In this document: piece by piece, positions 10,384 to 21,110 of the stretch
Layout: each line of letters starts with the position of its first letter
Position numbering within the stretch: position 1 is the first letter of the stretch
Source: Sminthopsis crassicaudata
Lineage: Eukaryota
Length of the DNA stretch: 33,000 nucleotides
Assembly: GCF_048593235.1 (NCBI RefSeq)
Contig: NC_133620.1
Location: 118,143,852 to 118,176,851 of the forward strand
Direction: 5' to 3'
Translations under genes and position numbers: made by a program
The notes under the pieces: model-generated
What the model was told of the DNA's origin: nothing
The model's database searches: none
What the model saw: the letters and a program-made list of their open reading frames with translations, nothing else

Positions 10384-11020
10384 TGTAACCTGAGTGACCC
10401 CTTGTGACAAACTTGTAGGAAAACATGGATAAGTCGAAAAAGATTGAATGTGTGAATGTGTATAATTTTTATCATTGAATATCTTGTCATGTGTTAATAT
10501 GTCACCTTTGGAAATGTTAAAGGTTAAATGTACACATTTTGATTCCTCCCACCATTGATCTTTGGGTCACCTATAACTTTTATTTTTCAAAGATAGTGGT
10601 ATTATTCTGAGATTTGTAACCATATCTCTCTCACCAGGAGAACATTTGTGTGAGTGTTATCTCAAGTTTCAAGATTTGGCTTTTGTATAAGACCATCCAA
10701 ATTGGCGAAAAGAATCATTACTTCATTTTGTGTGTCTTTGTGATAGGTGCAGTTGGTGAAAGTTTGGGAAAGGAGAGTTCTTCTGGCTTCTGGCTATGAG
10801 AGAGGATACTGATGACTCCAGACTCCTTAGGGGGAGAATATCCTGAAGGAAGAGAAAGACTGTGAAGATACTGACAGGTAGAAAAGCTGGTTTGTGGAGC
10901 ATGGTTCTGACTTTCAGTTTATTATACCATAGACTTTAGAAAATTTCCCTTTGAATGAGACCTCTCTCTTGGTTGATCTGAATTTGAGAGATCATTTGCT
11001 TATATGCTGTGTTCTTTTTT
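10384..11020. mobile_element. Possible old LTR remnant
   Basis: Starts TGTAAC, and its composition and wording resemble marsupial LTRs. I found no TSD or second terminus. Confidence 0.3.
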
Positions 11021-11034
11021 CTTGTTATTATAGC

Positions 11035-11160
11035 ATTTTATTTAATTTTTCAGTATTGACAGTTGCAAAACCTTTTGTTCCAATTCTTCCCCTCCTCCTC
11101 ACCCCCTCCCCCAGGTGGCAGGTAGACCAAAATATGTTAAATATGTTAAAGTTGTATTCT
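11035..11160 (-). mobile_element. Short L1 3' end fragment
   Basis: ttgcaaaaccttttgttccaattcttcccctcc…caggtggcaggtagacc = reverse L1 terminal sequence. Confidence 0.75.
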
Positions 11161-11164
11161 GTCT

Positions 11165-11358
11165 TCTAATTTGTCTGACTTCTGTTGAGTCAGGAAAATT
11201 CATCTTCCTAAATTCAAATCTGATGTATAATTATATATATATAAAATCACTGAAGAAGGAAATGGCAAACTACTCCAATATCTTTGCCAAGGAAATTCCA
11301 AAGTAGGTCATGAAGAGTTGGACACAATTGAAAAATGACTAAACAAACAAACAAAAAA
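11165..11358 (+). mobile_element. MAR1-like SINE with RTE tail
   Basis: gaagaaggaaatggcaaactactccaatatctttgccaaggaaattccaaagtaggtcatgaagagttggacacaattgaa followed by an (AAAC)n tail. Confidence 0.75.
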
Positions 11359-11456
11359 AAGAGATAGTCTTTATATAAGTAGCTTTGGATGCCAAGGAAA
11401 TTGAGCCTTTAGATATAACTTGGGAGCACTCCTTCACATTAAGAAATGGTGATATG

Positions 11457-11590
11457 TGTATTGGTCAACCTGCCATCTGGGGGAAGGGGTGGGGGGAAGG
11501 GGGAAAAAGTTGGAACAAAAGTTTTGCAATTGTCAATGCTGAAAAATTACCTATGCATATATCTTGCAAATAAAAAGCTTTAATTAAAAA
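11457..11590 (+). mobile_element. Short L1 3' end with 13-bp TSD (1 mismatch)
   Basis: L1 terminal G-rich stretch, AATAAA and A tail. AAATGGTGATATG (11444-11456) / AAATGGTAATATG (11591-11603). Confidence 0.85.
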
Positions 11591-13179
11591 AAATGGTAAT
11601 ATGGAGTCAACTGTCTGAAGAAAAGAAAAAAATCCTATATACTTGGGATATTTACTTGGTGGGACAGATAGACAAAATTCCATTCAGGTAATTCTTCTAA
11701 GTTTAGAGTATTCCAGCTTCTTACTCTGCTCCAGGAAGGAATTAAAATCTCCCTAGGGGAGAGGTGGATGAGAACTAATTATTGTTTTTCAGTAAGATTC
11801 AATTGATTAGTGTTCCTAATTCCCAGCCCAGTGCTCTATCTACTATGCCACCTAGTTGCTCCACATGAGATACTGGAGATACCTATTCTTGCTTCTTTGA
11901 ATTATACATTTAAACAAGCCAATGTAGAAGTACACATTATCTATATGGGTCACACACACACACACACTCTGTATGAAAAAGATGGTCCTTTGGCCTGGGG
12001 AGCAACTTGGGATAGTAGTTATTAATTTATCATAAAAATATACTTTTTCCAATGTCTGAAGTGTTCAATAACTATATAAGGCATACTTAAAAGTACCTGT
12101 GAAAATTTAATCAATAAGGAGACAATTGCTTGGTGATTTTACATTAATTCTTTTAGACTACAAACTCCTTGAGGTGGAAGTTACAATTAGCTCACTATCC
12201 ATACAGTGGATGTTAAATATTTCTTGAATCGAAGGGAAAAAGGTCATTCACATAGAAATTTTCTTATGGGACAGTTATTCATAGATATAGGACAGAATAC
12301 TTCCACAGAGCGCACTTTGGGGTGTAACTAGACAAGATAAAACTCTAACATCCCTTTCTATTCTAAAATTCTGTCTTTCTAGGTCATAACTTTGAACTAA
12401 TTAAGGGACAGTGCTGTATTCATGCTACCCACTAGAGGGTGGAAGAAGCTTGCTTGTGACCTGAGGGGATGGGATGAACCAAATGGGACCCCAGTAATTC
12501 TGCTTTGTGAGGTCTACAACTTCTTCCATATCTTACCTCCTATCTTACACAGGGAAAACCAAGGCTAAGAAGCAGTTAAAGAGGCTGGACTCAAAGATGG
12601 AGCTGAGCACGGAATTAAGTGATCTGCACTCGAAGCTGGTGGATGGGCTGAGCCTGGTACCAGGAGTTGCCCCAATTCATCCCTCACTTGTCCAGGCTCC
12701 TGTTCCTTCCCTGTCTGACAGCTGATTCTATTCTTCTGCTCAGTGACTCAATTTCATCAGATCCTGGTGAAGATCAGAGATTTCCTTTCCCTGTCTTTGC
12801 CCATGACCTGAAACAAGCCTCCTCCCTTTCCCCACCCCTTCCAGCTGTCCTCTGGCTGGCTATCCTCCCAACAGCTGGGTGTATATCTGCAGGCTCTCCC
12901 TAGATCTACAGAGAGGAGCCAATTGGGGACGGGTTTTCTCATACCAACCCCATTGGACTGTCTTTGCCTATCTCAATCAGTTTCCTTATGTATCTATGGA
13001 AATTGAATTATTTGGCTATTTGACAGATTTTTTTTTTTTTAAACAAATTTTCTGAAAGAGGATAACTCTTGATCCTTGGAGTCTTTCAACCTTTCCTGCT
13101 TCCAAGTCTTAGATTCATCCACCTTTATTCAACTCTGTCCAGTTCAGTGACATAGAAAAGGAACCCCACCCTACACCAC

Positions 13180-14580
13180 ACTCAGTGAATTACTATGACT
13201 CTCTGTCACCTCCAGAACCAAATATAAAATCCTGTATCATTTAAAGCCCTTCATAACTTGCTCCACTCACCTTCCAGTCTTCTTACACCTTACACCCTCT
13301 CATTCACCCAGAACTCTCTGATCTAGTGACACTGACCTCCTTGCTATTCCTGGAACAATACATTCATTCCATTGCCTGACTCAGGACATTTTCATTCCCT
13401 GTCCCCAATGCCTGGAATGCTCTCCTTACTTACCTCCACCTCCTGGCATCCCTGGCTTCCTTCAAGTTCCAGAGAAAATTCTATTTTCTACAAGGAAGTC
13501 TTTCTTGGTCCCTCTCAATGCTAATATCTTTCCACTGTTGATTATCTCCAATTAATCCTGTGTATCTTGTTTATACATAGTTATTTGTCTGTTGTCTCCT
13601 GCTTTAGACTAAGAATTCTTAACTGGGACACTGATGCATTGTTGGTGGAGTTGTGAACAAATCCAACCATTCTGGAGAGCAATCTGGAATTATGCCCCAA
13701 AAGTTATCAAACTGTGCATCCCCCTTGACCCAGCAATGCAACTACTGGGCTTATATCCCAAAGAAATACTAAAGAAGGGAAAGGGACCTGTATGTGCCAA
13801 AATGTTTGTGGCAGCTCTTTTCGTTGTGGCCAGAAACTGGAAAATGAATGGATGCCCATCAATTGGAGAATGGTTGGGTAAATTATGGTATATAAAGGTT
13901 ATGGAATATTATTGTTCTGTAAGAAATGACCAACAGGAGAAATACAGAGAGGCTTGGAGAGACTTACATCAACTGATGCTGAGTGAAACGAGCAGAACCA
14001 GAAGATCACTATACACTTCAACAACAATGCTGTATAAGGATATATTCTGATGGAAGTGGATATCTTCAACATAGAGAAGATCTAATTCAGTTCCAATTGA
14101 TCAATGATGGACAGAATCAGCTACACCCAGAGAAGGAACACTGGGAAATGAGTGTAAACTGTTTGCATTTTTGCTTTTCTTCCCAGGTTATTTTTATCTT
14201 CTGAATCCAACTCTTCCTGTGCAGCAAGAAATTCAGTTCTACACACATATATTGTATCTAGAATATACTATAACATATTTAACATGTAGGGGACTGCCAG
14301 CCATCTAGGGGAGGGGGTGGAGGGAAGGAGGAGAAAATTCAGAACAGAAGTGAATGCAAGGGATAATGTTGTAAAAAATTACCCATGCATATGTATTGTC
14401 AAAAAAAAAAAAAGTTATAATTATAAAATTAATTTAAAAATATAAAATTAAAAGCAACTAACATTTAAATATCAAAAAAACCACAAAAGACTATGAATTC
14501 CTTGTGATAACGGACTTTTGCTTGTCTTTGTTTCACTAAGTGGAATATAGCAGGAGCTTAATAAAAATGTATTGATTAGC
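13180..14580 (+). mobile_element. L2 3' region interrupted by a younger L1
   Basis: L2 wording (cctccttgctattcctggaac, cctggaatgctctcc, cttccttcaagttcca, ttgtctcctgctttagactaagaattc) resumes after the L1 at 14488 and ends with cttaataaaaatgtattga. Confidence 0.75.
13621..14487 (+). mobile_element. 5'-truncated L1: ORF2 C-terminus, 3' UTR and A tail
   Basis: ORF 13634-14050 (HCWW…QPFWRAIW…LLGLYPKE…CPSIGEWLGKLWY…YYCSVRND) is the typical L1 ORF2p C-terminus. TSD AGACTAAGAATTCTT (13606-13620) / AGACTATGAATTCCT (14488-14502), 2 mismatches. Confidence 0.95.
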
Positions 14581-14887
14581 TAACTAGTCCTTCATTTTAC
14601 TCAGCCTCCCCCCAAAAATACTAGAGTCTTCATTCCTGTCCCTTTTCATGGAGCCTAAACCCTCAATTAATTTCCTGGCTATAGTGCAACTAGTAATCAT
14701 AGAAATTTTTTGCTGACTCTACATGACAGTGATCAGAGAAATCTCAGGCTCTTTCCAGAGAATATTCAGCTGTTGTCCCTTATTGCCCTAGACCAGACAA
14801 TATAGTATGAAGGGAAGGATCAACTACTTGGAATTTCTATTTCCCCAGGTTGATCTAGACCAGGATCATAGGAAATAAATATATGAC

Positions 14888-15010
14888 ACAGTGGATACCA
14901 ATCCTGAAGTTAAGAGGACCTAGATTCAATTTCAGCCTCCAACACTTAACACTAGCTGCAAGACTGAGCGAGTCACTTAAACCCAATTGCCTCACAAAAC
15001 CAAAAAAATA
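14888..15010 (+). mobile_element. Degenerate WSINE1-like SINE
   Basis: cagtggata…cctgaagttaagaggacctagattcaa…agtcacttaaacccaattgcctc plus A-rich tail. Confidence 0.7.
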
Positions 15011-16274
15011 ACCTATTCTATGCAAGGAACCATGCTTCCTCACAGTAATAATGTTAATGTTAATTTGATGATCAATCCCTGATCCAGAAGTAGAAAACAG
15101 AGGTGGACTTAGGGAGAGAAGTATGCCAGGTGACCAAAAAAGAGGCATTTCTGGATTTGTCTGATGGTCAAGACAGGATTTGGTAAATTCCTAAGCCTAG
15201 TTATAGAAGGATGAGGCATATTTGAAGCCTTCACAGTCCAGCTACCAGTCAAGTAGATCATCTCTGCCTTAGGGCCCACTCCCATTTTCTCCCATTCTAA
15301 GCAGGGAGGTGAGGATGATCACATTATGAGTCTAAGGAAAATTATTTTGTGTGTATTTAAAAATAAATAAGTAAACATAAAATAGTAAAAAAAAAATTTA
15401 AATAGAAAATTATTTTGGCAGTTGGATAGAGACAACTGAAAGAAAAAAGTCTAGGTAGGAGCTTATTTCGATGATCCAAGGAAGAAGTGATGAAGGTCTT
15501 GGTTAGACCAGGGTTTCAGAACAGAAAGTCAGGAGAAAGACGATAAACCATAGCAACAAATCTATGTCTCTATTAGATTTTTCATGGCACATATGTCATG
15601 CTCAAGGGTAAGGTCCAAAATGGTCTTTAATTGAAACTTCATTATGAAGGAGGGATGTTAGATCTGGGGATGAACCTTGAAGATGAGAAATATAATAAAG
15701 GGGTGATAGAAAGAGGAAATTAGAGTATCTGATCTTTAGGTTCTGGCCAACCCTCTGAGCTCAAGGTGCTCAGGATCCAGGAGTTCCAGCTCCCACCCTC
15801 AAGACCATCACTGTTCCCACTCTTTGTAACTGGTCCTTCTGGTAACCCATCCCCATTCTCAGAGCTTCCCAGTTTCTACTCCTGTTTATCTCCACTCCAT
15901 TTCCCTCTATTCTTTCTTTCTCCCTTCGATGGCCTTCTGCCTTTCTGCCTTTCTGGCTCTGCTCCCAGCTCCTAGGCCCTTGATCTTAGATCCCAGCTTA
16001 CTCCTCCAAGTTCTAGATCAGACAAACCAGAGACACAGATAATGAGATAGAACAGAAGCAGGCCAGAAGAGGCCAGAAATACTGTTTTCTGAAGTAGGGC
16101 CTTTCCAAGTGAGAAGGTGAAATGAAGGAAGGGAGATAGTATAATTTGGACACTCGTGGGGGTAGGGAGCTAGAGGGTGGAGAGATTGGATGAAGGTGGG
16201 GTGAGGACACTGGAGAGGGGCTCAGAATGGAAGAGCTAGAAATTTTCAGGAAAATCCTTTTTGCAAGGTGGGAT

Positions 16275-16378
16275 TCTTTGAGACAAGGGGCTTTTGCTTT
16301 TTTGTTTGTTTATTTCACTAAGGCTTAGAATAATAACTGGCACATAGTAAAAACTTAATAAAAATTTATTGACTGGCT
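16275..16378 (+). mobile_element. L2 3' end fragment (part of a local duplication)
   Basis: ctggcacatagtaaaaacttaataaaaatttattgact = L2 tail. The 3' flank is shared with 14557-14630. Confidence 0.65.
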
Positions 16379-17236
16379 AATTAGTCCTTCATTTTACTCA
16401 GCCTCCCAAAAAATACTGGAGTCTTTAGTATTCAGTATATGGGAAGTGGACTAGAGGTGAAGTAAATACACCATTAATATTACTAATAATATAGTTATTA
16501 TTATTAATACATTTTTAAAAGAGAAGGGCCAGAGGCACACCACATTGAGGGCATGCAAGAATTGGCCTTTGCTTAGTAGTAGTGTGTAAGTCTCAGTGTT
16601 TCTGCTTGTCAACTCCCTCTGCCTCTACTTCTTTATCCTTATCTCTTTATCTTCCTGAAACATTTTTTTCCCTTCTCTGTCATCATTGATCTTCAGTATC
16701 TCCATGTATCTGTCTTTCAGTATTTTTCTGAGTCTTTTTCTTTCTGGACTTACCTTTGAGAATCTGTGGAACTTTACCACATCCCAGAACTTTGTGCCCC
16801 AGTACAAAGGATATACCTCTAAGAATGGCAGGAGGTTGCTCTTAGAGGCAGCCTTGAGAACTGGTGGGCTTTCAGGGATAATGGTTGTGAACCACATTGT
16901 TCCAGGGGTGAGTCCTCCAGGGAAGATCCTGAACACCAGGAGACTTAGAATTTAAGGCAGGGCAAGGGCAAGAACTGGGACTATTTATTGCTACCCTCCC
17001 CATAATCACCCTTCACCTACTAACCCCAACTCCCACAGCTCATGAGGTTGACTGCCCTCAGCCATACCGGTCATCACAGGTGAGAGATTAATATCTGATG
17101 TCTGCTTCATGACCCCTAGCTCTAGTTTATTCTCATTCTCTTCCAAACAAGTGGATTACAGAGGAGAAATTAGAGACCAGAAAGGCTCAAGAGTAGGTAT
17201 AAGAGTGGAGGACAGGTTCCTAGAATAGGAATTCTT

Positions 17237-17399
17237 TTTTTTTTTAATTGTAATTTTTTATTTTAAAAATATATACAAGGATAATTTTTCAACATTGACC
17301 CTTGAAAAACCTTGTGTTCCAATTTTTTCCCCTTCCCCCCAACCCCCTCCCCTAGATGGCATGCAATCTAATATATGTTAAACATGGTAAAAGTATATG
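17237..17399 (-). mobile_element. Short L1 3' end with 16-bp TSD, inserted at the end of a hAT MITE
   Basis: Poly(T) followed by the reverse L1 terminus. TAGAATAGGAATTCTT (17221-17236) / TAGAACAGGAATTCTT (17400-17415). Confidence 0.9.
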
Positions 17400-17404
17400 T
17401 AGAA

Positions 17405-17598
17405 CAGGAATTCTTAACCTATATTGTATCATAGATTCCCTTGGCCTGGCAACCCCACCCCCACCCTGAATAATGTATTGTTGCCTGTGTTATTATTTGA
17501 AGGGAATAACAAATTTGAGGCAGAGGTTAATAGGAAAGGGGGAAGCTATAGATTTTTCCTATCCATGTTATAGGATCTTTTGCTTAAGAAACTCTTCC
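17405..17598. mobile_element. hAT/Charlie-like MITE remnant
   Basis: Left end CAGGAATTCTTAACCT and a degenerate inverted right end (gcttaagaaactctt) resemble MER5-type TIRs. Confidence 0.5.
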
Positions 17599-19339
17599 TA
17601 GGAAAGAGGAACTAGGAAAAAATAAAGAGAGAGAAGACCTAAGAGGTGAAATAATATCTTTTAAGCCATGGGAGAGGAAAGTGGGAAGGACTATTTTCCC
17701 TCTTCCACATACAGCTTCATTTTCTTCATAGCTCTGGTCTCTCCTCCTATATCTTCAATCCCTCAACTGCCATTATCATCAGTCTGTTGGAAGTAGCTAT
17801 CGATTCAAGAGGGAAACCCAAGTCCCCTATCATTCCCTGAAGGGGAAGGACTGGGCAAGGCCCTCGGTTCCAGGCACAGTGGGATAGAGATACTGAACTG
17901 GTCTTAGAAGAGGTGTAGATCTGGTGGGGCAGGCCTTTCAGGGTTGGGCAGAGTCAGGCCTGCAGCACTGAGCCCTGGGCATGGTGCCCCATTGGTTCTG
18001 CACCACGTCCAACCCTCTGATCAGAACAAAGACACCTGCATGTTAAGCAGGGAGCACCATTGTTGGGAACATAAAGTGGAAATGCAGGTCCAGAATAAGC
18101 TTAAGTGTGCTAATGGCTTGGGAACCCAGACTGGAGGCAAGGGACAGGAAGGAGGTGATAAGAAAGTGTAGGGGTAGGAGTCATGAAATGGAATAATTTG
18201 TGGGGATATTGAGTAAATTCTAGAAACATTTCCCTTAGGACCCATTTTCGTCACCCCAAAGCCCTCCTCCACCTCAGTTTCTCTATCTTTGTCATCTTAT
18301 TTCTTACCCAGCACCCAACCCTCTCCGACAAGTGTTCCTCTCCCTGAAGTGTTCCTCCAATCCCTGTCCTTATCCCTATCTTTTAGTCTCTTCCCTTCTT
18401 CCAGCTTCCTTTCCCCCCAGGTTTCATAGTCTTTCTACTTAGGGGTCTATATACACTTCTGCAGGTATCTTATCACCCTCAATATCCAAGTATTAGGGAG
18501 ACCCTGGAATATGAGACCTCAGGGGTCTTTCCCTTGAGACTGCTCCATTGGATAGTGCCTGGAATGCTGAAGTCAGCCAGAAGTGCTCAATCCCAGAGGA
18601 AACTATGTCCTGAGTATTCATCTGGAGATGGATGCAGGAAAGGCCCTTGGAACAGAGGGTTGACTAAAGATAACCTCAGGGGAAACAGAAGCCTCCAGCT
18701 CTGCTGCCCCTTTATCAATTCTCCCCTGGTTTTCCTTCGGGGAAGGTTTTCACAGTCCTTTTGTCACCCTCGGTCTGATGGTTTGTCAGGATAGAATAAG
18801 GGAAGGGGTCCTCTTCCCCATCCCATCCCCAGTCTTCACCCTTTGCATTGAGTTTGCTAATCCTGTCCCTTCAATCTCTCTTAAGGATTCTACTGTGGAT
18901 CTTCCACTTTCTGACTTCTACCTCTGGACCAATGAGGCAATGTAAGAGGGACAGGGGATTTGGATATCTGCATTCAACCCCATCCTAGGGTTTAGAAAAG
19001 GAATTGAGTCACCTCATTTCTCTGTAAAACAAGAAAATCAGATCAGATAGCTTGTTAAGTCCCTTCAGGAGTGAGCATTCCCTAATTCTGCAAATAAAGA
19101 GTTCTCTCTACTTTTCCAGGACTTTTATGCCTTCTTTGCATGGGATGTATTTTTAATGACGATGCTATTAGAGGAAGACTTTTTATTGTGAATTTTTTTT
19201 TTTATCAAGATACGTAACCCTGTGATCAAAAACAAGTAATAAAACTCCAATCTAGGAAATCTTCAAAAACATTTTTAAAAGACAGCTAGGTACAGTAGAT
19301 AAAACACCAGATAAAACACTGGAAGTCACCAGAAATACC

Positions 19340-19497
19340 TGGACAAATCTGGCTCAGACAGTTATTGAGCGAGCCCTCAGTTTCCTTATATGTAAAATGA
19401 GCTGGAGAAGGAAATGCAAACTTTTCCAGTATCTTTGCCAAGAACACCTCTAAATCGGGCCATGGGGAGTTGAACACGACTGAACAACAACAACAAA
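19340..19497 (+). mobile_element. MAR1-like SINE with RTE tail
   Basis: MIR-like core (cctcagtttccttatatgtaaaatgagctggagaaggaaatg) joined to ccagtatctttgccaagaa…gacactgactgaac-like RTE end and (AAC)n tail. Confidence 0.8.
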
Positions 19498-20371
19498 TAG
19501 TAATCTACAAACAAACCTCTCCTAGAAAAACTTAGAGAAATATGTTCTAGGTTTTCCACCTAGAAGTAGGTGAGAGGAGCCCTTAAGACTCAGGGGCCTA
19601 GACTTCAGTACGGCTTGGGCCAGAGTCCTAAAGACAATGATGAAGTCCCTCTATGCAGAGTTTAGGTGGGGATAAATAGGGTTTCATGCCCTGGGTTAGA
19701 GTGACAAAATGTTTAGAGGTAGTTAAACTTTGGGGAACTGTAAGGCATTTTTAATAAGTAAAAAGACCCAGGAGCTTCCATCTCTTCTTCTATAGAGAAT
19801 TACAATATTTTCTCTTCTTTAGGATCCTAAAAGAGTCTATTCATATAGTCCTAGTTGGAGAAGAGGAAGACAAATGTCAAGGGCCTTCTTCTTCCAAGGT
19901 ACCATCTTACACTAATTAATCACACTCTTCCCCCCTACCTCCTGCCAATTTTACTATATCCCATCCAACACCAACTTCTCTTCACTATGGAGAAACTGAG
20001 GCAATTTAGCAGATATATTCTAGTTTCTGCCATCCTGTTCCCCAACTTCTTCTACTTTTGGCTTCCTATCTGTCCCCAATCATTCCAAAACTTGTGACCC
20101 CCTAACCTCTGACTCCTTCATAAAGTAGGACCTGACTGCAGACAAACAGGATATTACTCACCAGTCGGTTCTTCATCCCACTCCCACTCCTGACCCACCC
20201 CACTACAACCCCAACCTCCCTAGTCAGTCCCATTCCTATTCCCACTCCCACTTCCAGCCCCAACCCAACCCACACTGACCTACCACCCCAACAACACCCT
20301 CCTACCTCTGTACGTGTTGACCCCCACTCTCACTCCTCCCCCTCACCTCTCCACCCAACCCCATCTTTCCC

Positions 20372-20434
20372 TGACTCATGTCTTAGTCTCATTGACACAA
20401 ACAGAAATTTCAGTACTACCCACTCCAACCGGTT
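20372..20434. promoter_or_regulatory. Candidate epithelial enhancer core (AP-1 + GRHL motif)
   Basis: TGACTCA 20372-20378 and the perfect GRHL palindrome AACCGGTT 20427-20434, next to a CACCC-rich tract 20170-20365. Motif evidence only. Confidence 0.4.
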
Positions 20435-20959
20435 TAGCCAAGAAAACAGCCTGACTTGGGGACAGGGATGGATGCAAACACATGTGAAAGTTCAGAAGCA
20501 TGCAGAACCTCTACATATAAATATGAGCAAGCTAATAGAGAGGGACACACAAAACTTTATACACACACAAAAACACACACACATACACAGAGCAACTCAT
20601 TTGGCCCATATAGAATATGCACATACACAGATGTGTGCACCCCTACAGAAACTGCCCAGAACTGGGGGGCCACAGTCACCTTCCAAGTTTCTGTCCCCAT
20701 TCTTAAGGATTTGGAGAAAGGAGGATTACATGGGTGTGAACAGGAAGAATGTGTGAGATAGGGAATGATACTATGAGAAGCAAAAGATTCTTGCCCAAGG
20801 GAGAGGTCAGATGAATAAGGTTCCAGGCTCCTAACATGTTCAGCCTTCTCCCCCACTCCTTCCACTCAAAGCTACACCTTCAGCTTTCCCCTCAGTAAGG
20901 GGTGAGGAGAGTTCAGGGAATAAGCACAAAGTAATGGGCCTTTGGAGATAGAGCAGAGG

Positions 20960-21110
20960 ATTCAATTAGAGCTTGAAAGAACCTTTGGTGGTGTTTAGTC
21001 TAATATCCTCATTTTATAAGAGAAACTGAGATAGAGAAAAGTTTAAGATAACACAGCTACTAGGTAGCAAAGATTTAAATCCAAGTATTCTGACTATAAA
21101 TCTGCATTTT
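20960..21110 (-). mobile_element. MIR-family SINE fragment
   Basis: cctcattttataagagaaactgagatagagaaaag…gatttaaatccaagtattctgact. Confidence 0.6.

Noticed and set aside
14557-16425. Direct repeats that might suggest a CRISPR-like or regular array
   Set aside because: Only two copies 1.8 kb apart in mammalian DNA; reported as a local duplication instead.
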